From positions 992,001 through 1,056,000 of the forward strand of contig CP142726.1 in NCBI GenBank assembly GCA_036630325.1: a DNA stretch of 64,000 nucleotides, written 5' to 3'. Each line of letters opens with the position of its first letter. Positions within the stretch are counted from its first letter, which is position 1. Both the position numbers and the translations under genes were made by a program. Of the stretch, positions 10,967-21,589 are shown piece by piece. This stretch comes from Vairimorpha necatrix. Lineage: Eukaryota. Below the pieces are notes generated by a model. The model was not told the origin of the DNA and searched no databases. It saw nothing but the letters and a program-made list of their open reading frames with translations.

Positions 10967-11243
10967 TTGGGGGTAGAAAAAAATAAACAAGACAAATGTC
11001 TTATGTTTAATATTCTAATTTATATATGATACCTTATTATTTATAATGTATCTTATTTATATTATATCTTCTTATTTATATATAGTATCTTATTATTTAT
11101 TATATCTTGTTTATATATAGTATCTTATTATTTATATGATGTCTATGATATCTTACCTTATTTATACATATCTATAACACTATATCTAAATATCTTATCC
11201 ATTATATCTATAACACTATATCTAAATATCTTATTTATACATA

Positions 11244-12236
11244 TCATATCATTTTCCGCTCTACTCCTTTTAAATACCCCTCCGTGTAAAATATCTTCGG
11301 CCTGTAAGACTCTTGTTCTTTCATCACTAGACTATTTCTAAACTTATCTACTAAATTACTTATCCCTTGTATAGAAGCATATGTCAACTCGGCTATCTTG
11401 TTACTACTAAATAACTTCCAGCCTTTATTATTTATCTTCTTATAAAATGTCACTATATGTTCTTTACTAGTAAAATTTACAAAGGCATAGCCCACATTAC
11501 ACTTATTCTTAAAATCCATCCTGAGGTAGACAAAATCAAAGCACCCGAAATGATGCTCATTAAGGAGACTTATTAACATCTTCTGTGTGTATTTATTGGG
11601 AATATTCTTTATCATACAAGTTGTCCTTTCGTCCATCTCAAGTAAATTAATCTTGAACTTTGAGTCAGTAGAAGATTTCAATAAAATATTAGTAGATTTT
11701 AAATATTGACTGGAATCTAAAGGAAGAGAAGAAGAAGAAGATTCATGACTGATAAAACAAGAAGATTCATGCCTGGAAGTAAGGGAATATTTGTAGACTT
11801 CTAAAGTATTAGAGACATTCTCCTTATTAATTTCTTCATCTAGTGGAATCTTGGGCCTGAAGAGGCGGGCATGGACTTCTTCCTTCTTGATGATATTCAA
11901 ATCATCAAGAAGGAAGAAGAACTTCTGACAGGAGAAGGGAGACTGGACATTGTGGACTTTATCAGTGTGTAAAGTACTAGAAGCCACGAGACACTTTCTC
12001 AATGTGGAATCTACTCTCAATGAGGAATCGATGATAAAACAAGAAGTGTAATCATCAAGAAGAGGCTTACTTGGGGACTCATCAAGAAGAATCTTACTTG
12101 AGGAGTCATTCAAATGATTCTCTTTCGTAATATCTTCAAGAAGAGGTTTATTAAGTTCATCATGTTTACATTCCTCTTCTACGTAGTCATGCAAGTAAGA
12201 ATCTTCTTCATTATTAGTCTGACTCTTTTTATTCAT
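11244..12236 (-). CDS. mei2: Mei2-like RNA-binding protein (C-terminal RRM3)
   Basis: DERTTCMIKNIPNKYTQKML..FDFVYLRMDFKNKCNVGYAFVNF..YASIQG..RPKIF is the Mei2 RRM3 signature. Confidence 0.92.
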   Translation of the reverse strand: MNKKSQTNNEEDSYLHDYVEEECKHDELNKPLLEDITKENHLNDSSSKILLDESPSKPLLDDYTSCFIIDSSLRVDSTLRKCLVASSTLHTDKVHNVQSPFSCQKFFFLLDDLNIIKKEEVHARLFRPKIPLDEEINKENVSNTLEVYKYSLTSRHESSCFISHESSSSSLPLDSSQYLKSTNILLKSSTDSKFKINLLEMDERTTCMIKNIPNKYTQKMLISLLNEHHFGCFDFVYLRMDFKNKCNVGYAFVNFTSKEHIVTFYKKINNKGWKLFSSNKIAELTYASIQGISNLVDKFRNSLVMKEQESYRPKIFYTEGYLKGVERKMI

Positions 12237-12337
12237 GCATTTATGCTGAATAATCCTTTTTATACTAAATTATGCTAATTCTTCTTAAAATATTGAGAGC
12301 TCTTTTTTCTTTTTTATAAATCTGCCCTTTCTTTTTT

Positions 12338-12685
12338 ATGGACTTGGTCATCTTAAAAAGACACTTAAAATCTCTAGACTCAGATTTTGACTCTTTACTT
12401 TATTTTACAAAATACACTACAATATATTTATTATCTGACGGAGAATGGAAAGATCTGAATATTTATGGGACATTTGTAATATATTCAAGGAATAATAAAA
12501 ATCTAAGAATAAGAATATTTAATAAAATTAATAAAGAAGATAAATATTTAGAAATGAGTGATAAAACAAAAATAAGAATAAATAATAAAATATTGAAGAT
12601 TTATAATGAAGAAACATATGGGATATGGTTTCATGATGAGAAAAATCTAAATCAAGTATATGAAATATTAACCATACATATATGA
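12338..12685 (+). CDS. DCP1: mRNA decapping subunit Dcp1 (EVH1 domain)
   Basis: LKSLDSD..IYLLSDGEWKDLNIYGTFVIYSR..YGIWFHD fits the Dcp1 pattern. Confidence 0.75.
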   Translation: MDLVILKRHLKSLDSDFDSLLYFTKYTTIYLLSDGEWKDLNIYGTFVIYSRNNKNLRIRIFNKINKEDKYLEMSDKTKIRINNKILKIYNEETYGIWFHDEKNLNQVYEILTIHI

Positions 12686-12885
12686 AATGTAATATAAAAA
12701 ACATGTGTTATATAAAATATGTGTTATATATATATTTGTGTTGTATATATATTTGTGTTGTATAAAATTGTGTTGTATAAAATTGTGTTATATATTTTAG
12801 ATTAATATATTTGTCTAAATTTATGCAAATTTGTTTATAATTTCATGCAAATTTGTTTATGCAAAAATATATATTTTTAAGGGGT

Positions 12886-14082
12886 ATGAAAAATGAAGAT
12901 AAAAATAAATTATCTTGTAAATTTACGAAAAATAATTTACAGTACAAATTACAAGGAATAATTGGAGAAGGAACATTTGGGAAAGTTTACAAAGGAATTA
13001 AAGACACTTCAAAAATAAATGCAGAGTATAATAAATTAGATAATAAAACAGAGCATAATAATACAGATCTTAATAAATCAGATACTATCAAATTAGATAC
13101 CATCAAATTAGATACCATTAAATTAGATACCATCAAATTAGATCTTAATGCAGATAATATTAATGCAGATCTTAATAAAACAGAGCATAATAATACAGAG
13201 CATAATAAAAAGATAAATAATAATACAGAGCATAATGCAGTTAATAATACAGAACTTAATAAAAAGATAAAATCTAAAATTGAATATTTTGGAATAAAAA
13301 AAATAAATCAAAATAAAGATGGTCTTCATATCACAACTATAAGAGAAATAAAAACCTTAAGAAAACTTAACCACAAAAACATTATAAACTTACTAGAAAT
13401 AAATGTAGAAAACTCAGAAATCTTCTTAATCTTCCCATATGTCAGATTTGATCTAAACAAATATTTAAAAAAGAATATTCCAAATAAAAAAGAAATAATC
13501 CACATAATTAAGCAAATTTCAGAAGGACTCAAATATTTAAAAAGTCAGAATATTCTTCATAGAGATATAAAAACTAGTAACATTTTACTAGATTTCGATT
13601 TAAATATAAAAATAGCAGATTTCGGGATGTCAATAATAACAAATAAGAATATGAATCATAGTCCTGGGGTAGTGACCCTTTGGTACAGGCCCCCTGAAAT
13701 ATTATTAAATTTGAAATATAATTTCCAGGCTGATATTTGGGGACTGGGATGCATTTTAGGGGAAATTATACAAGGGAAGTCACTTTTTACAGGGAATACA
13801 GAAATCAAAGTATTAGAATGTATAATATTGATATGTGGAAGTATAAACGAGAAAAGTTTACCAAATATAAAAGAAATGGACATTTTATTACCACAGTCGC
13901 AGCGGAATCTAAGAAAAATATTTAAGAATTCTGATGAAGAACTAGTAGATTTATTGGATAAAATAATGAAGATTAATCCTGAAGAAAGATTGACAATAGA
14001 AAACATATTAGAAGATAAAATATTTAAGAATTATGATGGGGAATTTATAAACAACATATCTAAAAAATATGAGCATCACTAA
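12886..14082 (+). CDS. Transcriptional cyclin-dependent kinase (CDK9/Bur1/Ctk1-like)
   Basis: IGEGTFGKVY, HITTIREIK (PITALRE-like), HRDIKTSN, DFG, VVTLWYRPPE. A low-complexity insert lies between subdomains I and II. Confidence 0.9.
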   Translation: MKNEDKNKLSCKFTKNNLQYKLQGIIGEGTFGKVYKGIKDTSKINAEYNKLDNKTEHNNTDLNKSDTIKLDTIKLDTIKLDTIKLDLNADNINADLNKTEHNNTEHNKKINNNTEHNAVNNTELNKKIKSKIEYFGIKKINQNKDGLHITTIREIKTLRKLNHKNIINLLEINVENSEIFLIFPYVRFDLNKYLKKNIPNKKEIIHIIKQISEGLKYLKSQNILHRDIKTSNILLDFDLNIKIADFGMSIITNKNMNHSPGVVTLWYRPPEILLNLKYNFQADIWGLGCILGEIIQGKSLFTGNTEIKVLECIILICGSINEKSLPNIKEMDILLPQSQRNLRKIFKNSDEELVDLLDKIMKINPEERLTIENILEDKIFKNYDGEFINNISKKYEHH

Positions 14083-14339
14083 GGAAAACCACGAAATATT
14101 TATTGGGGGATATTTATAAGGCATTATGAATATATAGAAATTTAATAGAATGGACTAAGGATATAAAAAAAAAACAAAAAATTTTTAAAGCTGAAAAAGC
14201 CATAAGAACATTATAGAGAAATTCAACTAAAATTTTGAAAAATCTATAAGAACATTCTAAAGAAAATTCAAATAATATAATAAAAATATATAGAACACTA
14301 TAAAGAAATATAAATAAAATTCATAAAATTTTATTTTTT

Positions 14340-15164
14340 CTATATTAAATCTTCTAATTTCAATCCTAGACATTTTAGGAAATTCTTAGCACTCTTAATC
14401 TTCTCATTATCATTCCTTATTTCAAATAATCTACCTTTAGTCATTTTTATAAGTTTAAACCTTTCATCTTTATTACAATATTTCATCAAAACAACAAGAA
14501 AATTCCAAACTTCATCAAATTTCAAAGCTATGCCTATTTTATCCAAAAAACATTTATAAAAAATATTAAACAACTCATCATTATTAATTAAGAGGCATGT
14601 AGCACAAATCAACCCCAAATTTCTAGTAGGAAAAAAATCTAAAAAAAAATTGTCAATTTCATTAATCTCGAATTTGGGGATTTTATCATACCAAGTATTA
14701 ATAAACTCTTTAAATTCTAATTCATCAGTAATCTGATCAATATTCTTTATTATTAATTTTATCCATTTCTTTTTACAATCTGAATCTTCAAATGTCAAAT
14801 TTAAAAGTTTCCAGAAAGATTTGTAAGTTAAAAAATTTTCTATATCGAAATTTATAATTAGATTAGTGTTATAATATTTTTTATAGATTACTTGAGAAAT
14901 TAGTTTATCAATTTCGCATTGGGTTTTTAAAAAATCGGGTAAAATTTTTACAGAAGTAAAATATCTGTTTTTTTTGTTATCACGACATGTGTCTTTACCA
15001 AAAATGAAAGAAGTTTTTACTTCTGTTTTTATGGGAGTGTAGTCTTGTTTTATATTATTGAAAAGTTTTTTGTAATTTACATCTGATTTTGTTTGTTTTA
15101 GATTTTTAGTAAATATGTAAGAAACGTAGTCTTTTTCTTTAACTGTCATAAAGTCTTCGTTCAT
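14340..15164 (-). CDS. Hypothetical protein, possibly Pat1-like
   Basis: 274-aa ORF. FMTVKEKDYVSYIF resembles the conserved Pat1 middle-domain start; weak. Confidence 0.6.
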   Translation of the reverse strand: MNEDFMTVKEKDYVSYIFTKNLKQTKSDVNYKKLFNNIKQDYTPIKTEVKTSFIFGKDTCRDNKKNRYFTSVKILPDFLKTQCEIDKLISQVIYKKYYNTNLIINFDIENFLTYKSFWKLLNLTFEDSDCKKKWIKLIIKNIDQITDELEFKEFINTWYDKIPKFEINEIDNFFLDFFPTRNLGLICATCLLINNDELFNIFYKCFLDKIGIALKFDEVWNFLVVLMKYCNKDERFKLIKMTKGRLFEIRNDNEKIKSAKNFLKCLGLKLEDLI

Positions 15165-15299
15165 TTGAGGACAAAAAAAAACAAAAAAATATTTACAAAA
15201 ATTGTCTACAAGAACATTTAGAACTGTGTACGAGAATTAAAATTTAAATTGACTTTCTAACTAAAATTAATAGTAAAAATTTTGAATTAAGCTTTAAAA

Positions 15300-15611
15300 T
15301 TACTTTATTGTTTCATATAAATCTTTGTTAACTCCTTTATTTATAAAAACACAAGTACAGGGTTTTGTAAGAAGATCTTTTTTTTCTACAAATATGTATT
15401 TTATTCCTTTCTCTTCACAAAGTGCAGGAATGTGAGTTATTAAATCCATAGGAGTCGTGTCTGCTGATAAAACGACAACCCCTTTACTCTCCTTTTTTAT
15501 TTCTTTAGTGCACGCTTTAATTCCCGATATTAATTTTTCTATTGATTTTATTGCTTCATTAATCATTTCTAACTGTTTTTCACTAGCCAAAGGCGTCGCT
15601 ATGGGCATCAT
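15300..15611 (-). CDS. NHP2: H/ACA snoRNP protein Nhp2 (L7Ae family)
   Basis: PIATPLA, GIKACTKEIKK, ADTTPMDLITHIPALCEE. Confidence 0.85.
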   Translation of the reverse strand: MMPIATPLASEKQLEMINEAIKSIEKLISGIKACTKEIKKESKGVVVLSADTTPMDLITHIPALCEEKGIKYIFVEKKDLLTKPCTCVFINKGVNKDLYETIK

Positions 15612-15637
15612 GGGGTAAAAATTTTTAATAAATTATT

Positions 15638-15853
15638 TTACCATTCAAGTTTATTTTTCTTTGGTTTTACAGAAATTCGTTGCTTTTTCATAAAATTCAA
15701 TAAAGCCTTTTTATCATTAAAAAGATCAAAATCAAATTTTTCGCCTGTATTTGCTAAATACACTCCATACTTAAAATATAAATCATTATCATCTCTAATT
15801 TCATCAATAAAATCTTGTATTCCACTCATATAAAACTTCTTCTCGTCTTTCAT
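15638..15853 (-). CDS. Small hypothetical protein
   Basis: ATG after CCCCTTGTC; tightly packed between eIF2-alpha and Nhp2 on the same strand. Confidence 0.6.
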   Translation of the reverse strand: MKDEKKFYMSGIQDFIDEIRDDNDLYFKYGVYLANTGEKFDFDLFNDKKALLNFMKKQRISVKPKKNKLEW

Positions 15854-15930
15854 GACAAGGGGAAAAATGTGCTTAAAAATTTTAAATGACAAATAAAATT
15901 GATCTTAAAAAAAAGGATTTAAAAAAAAAT

Positions 15931-16788
15931 TTAATCACTTGATTCGTCATCTTCTTCTTCATCCTCAATATTTAATAATGAATATTTACTTTTTTGGCCA
16001 AATAGCTTAGACTTACCTACTATAGAAATCGCACCGCCTTGTTCGACAATATAAGATTCAATAATATCACAAGCTTCTTGTACAACTCGATAAGCTTTAT
16101 CTTTATCAGAAGAAGTTCTTACAATCGAATAAGTTGGAGTTTTTAAAAGTGAGATTTTCAATTTACTATCTTTTTCATGTGCTTTTCTAAATGACTCCTT
16201 TATTGAACTTATACCACCATTAGAAGGACAAGTAACTTCAACATCAGCTCTGACTTTATAAGAACTGGCTTGAAACTCGTCTTGTATCAATTTTTTTATT
16301 ACAAGTCCTAATTCCGTATTTTCTAAAATGCTTTCGTCTTCTTTAACTCTAGCAAAAAAGAAATATAAAGAGCCAAATTCCTCGGCCTTGTCATACCCAA
16401 ATTCTTCGTAAAGTTCTTTTACACTTTTATTAAGTTTTTTAGCAGCTTTCATTAAAATATGATAAGCAATTTTATTCTTAGCGTAATTCTTTTTACATTC
16501 TTCTTTTTCCATATCATTGACTTTGGCGAGACTTAGATCGATGTATCCTTTTTCATCATCTACTCTCAAAACTATACAGACTTCTAAATTGCCTACTTTT
16601 GTAATTTGATTAATATTTTTTATACGTTTTTTTGATAACTCGCCTAATAAAATCAGACCGCGTGCGTCGCCGTATTCTAATAAATCGACGCTAACGCCTT
16701 CACTATCTACAGTTGCTACTTTCCCCATGATCATTTCGCCTTCACTTGGAAATTTTTTTTTGAAAAAACGGCATTCGTAGCTTGTCAT
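15931..16788 (-). CDS. SUI2: Translation initiation factor eIF2 alpha
   Basis: CRFFKKKFP, LLEYG, ELSKKRIKNI, VLRVDDEKGYIDLS; acidic tail. Confidence 0.95.
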   Translation of the reverse strand: MTSYECRFFKKKFPSEGEMIMGKVATVDSEGVSVDLLEYGDARGLILLGELSKKRIKNINQITKVGNLEVCIVLRVDDEKGYIDLSLAKVNDMEKEECKKNYAKNKIAYHILMKAAKKLNKSVKELYEEFGYDKAEEFGSLYFFFARVKEDESILENTELGLVIKKLIQDEFQASSYKVRADVEVTCPSNGGISSIKESFRKAHEKDSKLKISLLKTPTYSIVRTSSDKDKAYRVVQEACDIIESYIVEQGGAISIVGKSKLFGQKSKYSLLNIEDEEEDDESSD

Positions 16789-17641
16789 CTTAAGGGGGAA
16801 ATTTCCAATTTCCGTTAATAATTAAAACGGACAAATTAAGTTTTAAAAAATTATTTTTAATAAAAAAATGAATGTTTAAAATATTATTTGAACTTTAAAT
16901 ATATAAGTTAATCATGAATGTGTCAAATTTTCCGTTATATAAAAAACTAACCAATTATTTAGATAATTGTTAAAATATATGTACAAGAAACTTTTAAATT
17001 GAATTTTTATTAATACTAGAACAACCAGACATAGTAATTTGATCAGAAGGATACTTATCTAGATTTATTATAAGTGAAGTTAATTGATTTCTTAATAATT
17101 TCTTAGTTTTTTATAACTTATTTGCAGAATGGGGCAAAATGACTTGAGGATCTATTTATAAGTCTTTAAAAATGTTTATTAAAATTTAAATTATTCTTTG
17201 TAATCTTAAAAAAAGAGTAAAACAGAATATATTGACTTTAAAAAAATTTATTTTTAAAAAACACTTTGTCTTTCAAGATAAATTTATAACTTCAAAATTA
17301 ATATAGCTTATGCCACTATAGAGACGAAAAGGTCCGCATCTTATTTTATAAAAGGCCCATGTGAGCACTATAGTCTGGGTCCAATATAATATTGTTTATT
17401 ATTAGGATGCAATTGTTTATAAGCTTAAAAAAATTGCCAAACTTTCCTATATGTATTGATCAAAATTATAAGAAAAAAATTAAAAATTAATGTTTAAATC
17501 TCATGAAGGAAAACTTGACAATTTGGTATTCGTTTATATAAGCGGTTCAAAATTTTCCAACGAACTTTCAAATTTGTACATTTGTAGCAGCCGCATTCTA
17601 ACTTTAGCAGATTATATAACTATCTATATTAAATTTTCAAG

Positions 17642-17723
17642 GGACAAATGGCCGAGTGGTCCAAGGCGCTAGCTTCAGGTGTTAGTAGGTAAAACTGCGT
17701 GGGTTCGAATCCCACTTTGTCCA
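17642..17723 (+). tRNA. tRNA-Leu(CAG)
   Basis: Acceptor stem GGACAAA/TTTGTCC; TGGCCGAGTGG box A; anticodon arm CTAGC-TTCAGGT-GTTAG; long variable arm; GGTTCGAATCC; T-run directly downstream. Confidence 0.95.
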
Positions 17724-17762
17724 ATTTTAAAAAATTTAAAAATTTTTATTTTTTTTTCGCCC

Positions 17763-18704
17763 ATGTCGAACAAGTTAACAATAGACGATTTTTTAAAAGA
17801 CGAAACAATAGAAGTAGTTGACACCAAAAAACCACTTATAAAAAACAATAGAGAAGAAATAAATCATTTTATTTCTACAAAAGAACAAAGATTAGAAATT
17901 TCTGAAAATAAACCATCATTTTATGACATTGTACCAAAAACCAAGTTAGAGTCAGTTATTAATAAAATTCTAAATAAAAATAACGAGACAAAAATAGAAA
18001 AAACCAGAAGACTAAATTTCCAACACAATTTTGATACAAAAATGAGACGAATTAAAAGAATTAAAAGTAAATCTTATAGAAAAGCCAAGAGATTGGCAAA
18101 AAGTGAATTAGAACAAGAAAATGAATATAATGAATTAGGAAAAAAATTACAAATTCCACTAGAAGAAGAAAAAGAAGAAGAAATCGAACAAGAAGAAAAT
18201 ATTGAAGATGCGCCGATTTTTAATTTTACAGAAAATCAAGACGATTCAAATCAACATGAAATAGTTAAACTTGCTTTTGAAGAAGACATGGAAGAAAATG
18301 AAGAAGAATTTATCAAAGAAAAAGAAGAAATTATTAACGAAAATACGCCTAAAATTATTGAGACAATTTTGCCAGGATGGGGAGACTGGGCTGGCCCGGG
18401 ATTAGAAATTATAAAAACAAAACATAATACGATAATTGAGACAAAGGAAGGAATAAATTACGCACAGAGAAAAGATTTTGGATCTTCACATGTTATTATT
18501 AACGAGGAGAATAATGAAGTAGAAGAAAAATATAAATCAAATTTACCATTTGGATATACAAAAGAAGATTATAAAATAAAACTCAGTGTGCCTGTTTCAA
18601 AGGAATGTAACACGACAAGAATGTATAAAAAAATATTGAGCGACGTAATTTACAATAAATCAGGAGAAAATATTGAACCCTTTAAATATGAGCCAGAAAA
18701 TTAA
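17763..18704 (+). CDS. UTP14: U3 snoRNA-associated protein Utp14 (reduced)
   Basis: KMRRIKRIKSKSYRK and LPGWGDWAGPG motifs. ATG after CGCCC; the upstream ORF extension overlaps the tRNA. Confidence 0.9.
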   Translation: MSNKLTIDDFLKDETIEVVDTKKPLIKNNREEINHFISTKEQRLEISENKPSFYDIVPKTKLESVINKILNKNNETKIEKTRRLNFQHNFDTKMRRIKRIKSKSYRKAKRLAKSELEQENEYNELGKKLQIPLEEEKEEEIEQEENIEDAPIFNFTENQDDSNQHEIVKLAFEEDMEENEEEFIKEKEEIINENTPKIIETILPGWGDWAGPGLEIIKTKHNTIIETKEGINYAQRKDFGSSHVIINEENNEVEEKYKSNLPFGYTKEDYKIKLSVPVSKECNTTRMYKKILSDVIYNKSGENIEPFKYEPEN

Positions 18705-19030
18705 AAAATTATAATTTACTTCTAATTATTTTTACAATTTTATTGATATTGAAAAAATTTCAGACAATTTATTTTTGTCGTATATTTTACAAAATTTTCA
18801 GACAATTTATTTTTGTCGTATATTTTAAAAAATTTTTAAAGAAATTTGTTTATTTATTTGAAAATTTTTATAGCAATCTTACCTTTTATTTCTTTCAATG
18901 TCTCATAAATTTTATAATTTATCTTTTTTATTTAAATTAAGCCTAGAAGCTACCTTCAAGCAGGAGACGCTAACGCGGAACCTATTAGAAGTATAAACTG
19001 CACTAAGCATACCCAAATTAAATTCAATAT

Positions 19031-21589
19031 TTATTTTTTAAAAAAATTTTTACAATTTATTTCTTTCTTAATTATTTCTAAATATTCTGTAACATTCTTG
19101 TCAACTAATTTTATTATTTCATAAATCTCATTATATCGCCGTCTTACTTTTTTCGATGGATGAAACATCCCTTGAATGACGTACTTTATTAAAAATTGCG
19201 CCCCGAGTGTTTTTGTAAAATTTTTTATAAATTTATTAAATTCTTTGATTATTATCGTGTTAGTTTCTAAAATATTGTACCAAATCAAATTAAGATGATG
19301 AGTCAAAATTTCTACATCCATTTCTGATTTATCTAAATTTATTAATAACTCAGTACAAAGTTCAACTCCTTCAACTCTGAAATCTATAACTGGATTTAAT
19401 ATTGAATCTTCTATAATTGAAGTTAAATAAGGAATATATTTCTTCTCCATTTTACATTTTATTAGGACACGTATAATAATTAATTTAACTTTATCTTCTA
19501 CATATTTATAATCAGTCAGTAAAACAGGCAAGACATTGTAAATACCAACATGATTGGCAAGATGAGAAATACCAAGAATGAGACCTTTTTTAATATTTTT
19601 ATCGTTAAATTCTAAAAATTCTAAAAAAATATTTATAATTTCCTGGGGCGCTACAATGTCGGAAATCTGTGTCAATAAAATGATGCCACATTCTTTCTTT
19701 TTGTCGTACCAAAACGACAAATAATCCATGACGTCATAGGCAATACGCATAAATTCAATTTTGGAAATATTTTGATGATTTTTACTTTTTAAAATCGTAG
19801 AAATAAAAGAAATACAGGCATATTTCACATTATCATCTTTGTATTTTAAAAAAGTGGCCATTTCTAAAATTTTATCACTGGTATCATTTAATGGATAAAT
19901 TTCATAAATCTTATCAAGAGTATTAATTTGATAAATTAATAAATTTTTATCATTTTTATCTAATTTCTCATATAAAATTTGAGCAAATTTTTTTATATCA
20001 TTTTTGTCAATTTTCTTTATTATTTTATTTATTAATTTAAATCCTAAAATTTTTATATCTTCATTTTTATTGCCAATTTTTGACTTACCTATTTCGAAAA
20101 TATTGTACCAAGCTTCTTCTTTAAAATTTACAATTTTACTCAAACTCTCGATATTATTTATAGCAAAAATAGAATTATTTTTAATTAATAAAAATAAATT
20201 TTCTATAAATTGAGACCTGTTTTCTATCGCGATATTTTCTACATTATTAAAAATTTCTAAAATAAATTCATTATCTAACATTCTTGATATTAAAAGATCT
20301 TCAATTTTCTTATTAGGCAAAATTAATTGGAAAATCGAAATTATCATTTTCTTGTAATCAACAAATTTCGAATCAATTAATTGATCAAAATTTTTTGTTA
20401 TAAAAAATTCTACATCTGAATAATTTAAATTTTCAGAAATTCTATAAAAAATTTTTATATTGTTTATCGTAAAATCTGGCCAAATTTTTAGAAAGTCAAA
20501 AATTATATTTGACGAATTCTGACTATTGATCGATAAAATCGAACATGTTCTTAATAAATTCATCAAATAATTTTTTTCCTGGTTCAAATCAGGAATTTTA
20601 ATTTTTTCGAAATTTTTTTCTAAACCTAAATAATCATAAATTATATTTAAAAATACTTGTAACCATTTTTGGCAATCTTGTTCATCCAAAAAATTTTTCA
20701 AATTAAAATACGAAATAATATTTGATATTTCTTTTCTTAATTTTATACCTTTTATCTTAATAATTTCATCTAAAAACTTAAACATGTCCTTTCTAAAATC
20801 CATAATTTCTATATCAAAATATTTAAAAATGAAATAATGAGACTTTAAAAATATTAAAATGCTATTACGACTTTTTATAAATGTATCTAGTGTTGTATTA
20901 TATCCATTAGTAATTGTATATACAGATAATAATCTTGATATAATTTCTTGAATGTTTTTATCTTCACTATCAATTTCTTGAAAAATTAAACTTTCAATTT
21001 TGTTTGTATTATAAATTAAAAAATTTGACAAAATTTCAAATGCTTTACTTTTCAATAAAAGATCATCAAGAAAAAAAGTAACAAGAAAAACAATTTCAAC
21101 CCAATTTTTTATATTGCCTTTATATTTAACATGAATCATTTCTATAACTGTAAGAATTTTTTCTTTACAATTTGTGTCTAAATCTTGTGAAATTAGAAAT
21201 AAAATTATTTTTTCAAGTGTTAAATCATAATTTTCAACTTTTAATAATTTTTTTACTGATTTTCTCTTTTTTTGTCTGTCTCCTTTTAACAAATTCATTA
21301 ATTGTTTGTAAATTTCAACTTCTTCTAAATCTGTAGATTGTGCCATTTTCATGAAAAAAAGACTTTCTTTTTTATCAAAAGATCCAAATTTCTGTAGAAG
21401 TGACAAAGCATTGATGTCGATATCTTCTATGTCAAATGTAAATGAAGAAGGCAACACCAGAGCGACCTCCTCAGGAGATAGATTTCTTCCTATAAAAAAT
21501 GTATAATTTACTTCGTTTTCATTTTTAAATCTTTTTACTGGTCTTTGTTCATTTTGAATTTCTTTGTTTTTTTTACTGGTCAGCGGCAT
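19031..21589 (-). CDS. HSH155: U2 snRNP splicing factor SF3B1/Hsh155 (HEAT repeats, divergent)
   Basis: YVIQGMFHPSKKVRRRYNEIY, HHLNLIWYNILET, EFMRIAYDVMD and VLPVLLTDY match SF3B1 C-terminal HEAT motifs. Confidence 0.85.
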   Translation of the reverse strand: MPLTSKKNKEIQNEQRPVKRFKNENEVNYTFFIGRNLSPEEVALVLPSSFTFDIEDIDINALSLLQKFGSFDKKESLFFMKMAQSTDLEEVEIYKQLMNLLKGDRQKKRKSVKKLLKVENYDLTLEKIILFLISQDLDTNCKEKILTVIEMIHVKYKGNIKNWVEIVFLVTFFLDDLLLKSKAFEILSNFLIYNTNKIESLIFQEIDSEDKNIQEIISRLLSVYTITNGYNTTLDTFIKSRNSILIFLKSHYFIFKYFDIEIMDFRKDMFKFLDEIIKIKGIKLRKEISNIISYFNLKNFLDEQDCQKWLQVFLNIIYDYLGLEKNFEKIKIPDLNQEKNYLMNLLRTCSILSINSQNSSNIIFDFLKIWPDFTINNIKIFYRISENLNYSDVEFFITKNFDQLIDSKFVDYKKMIISIFQLILPNKKIEDLLISRMLDNEFILEIFNNVENIAIENRSQFIENLFLLIKNNSIFAINNIESLSKIVNFKEEAWYNIFEIGKSKIGNKNEDIKILGFKLINKIIKKIDKNDIKKFAQILYEKLDKNDKNLLIYQINTLDKIYEIYPLNDTSDKILEMATFLKYKDDNVKYACISFISTILKSKNHQNISKIEFMRIAYDVMDYLSFWYDKKKECGIILLTQISDIVAPQEIINIFLEFLEFNDKNIKKGLILGISHLANHVGIYNVLPVLLTDYKYVEDKVKLIIIRVLIKCKMEKKYIPYLTSIIEDSILNPVIDFRVEGVELCTELLINLDKSEMDVEILTHHLNLIWYNILETNTIIIKEFNKFIKNFTKTLGAQFLIKYVIQGMFHPSKKVRRRYNEIYEIIKLVDKNVTEYLEIIKKEINCKNFFKK

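Noticed and set aside
17490..17762. ORF 17490..17672 and the N-terminal extension of ORF 17679
   Set aside because: Both overlap tRNA-Leu; Utp14 starts at 17763 after a CCC motif.
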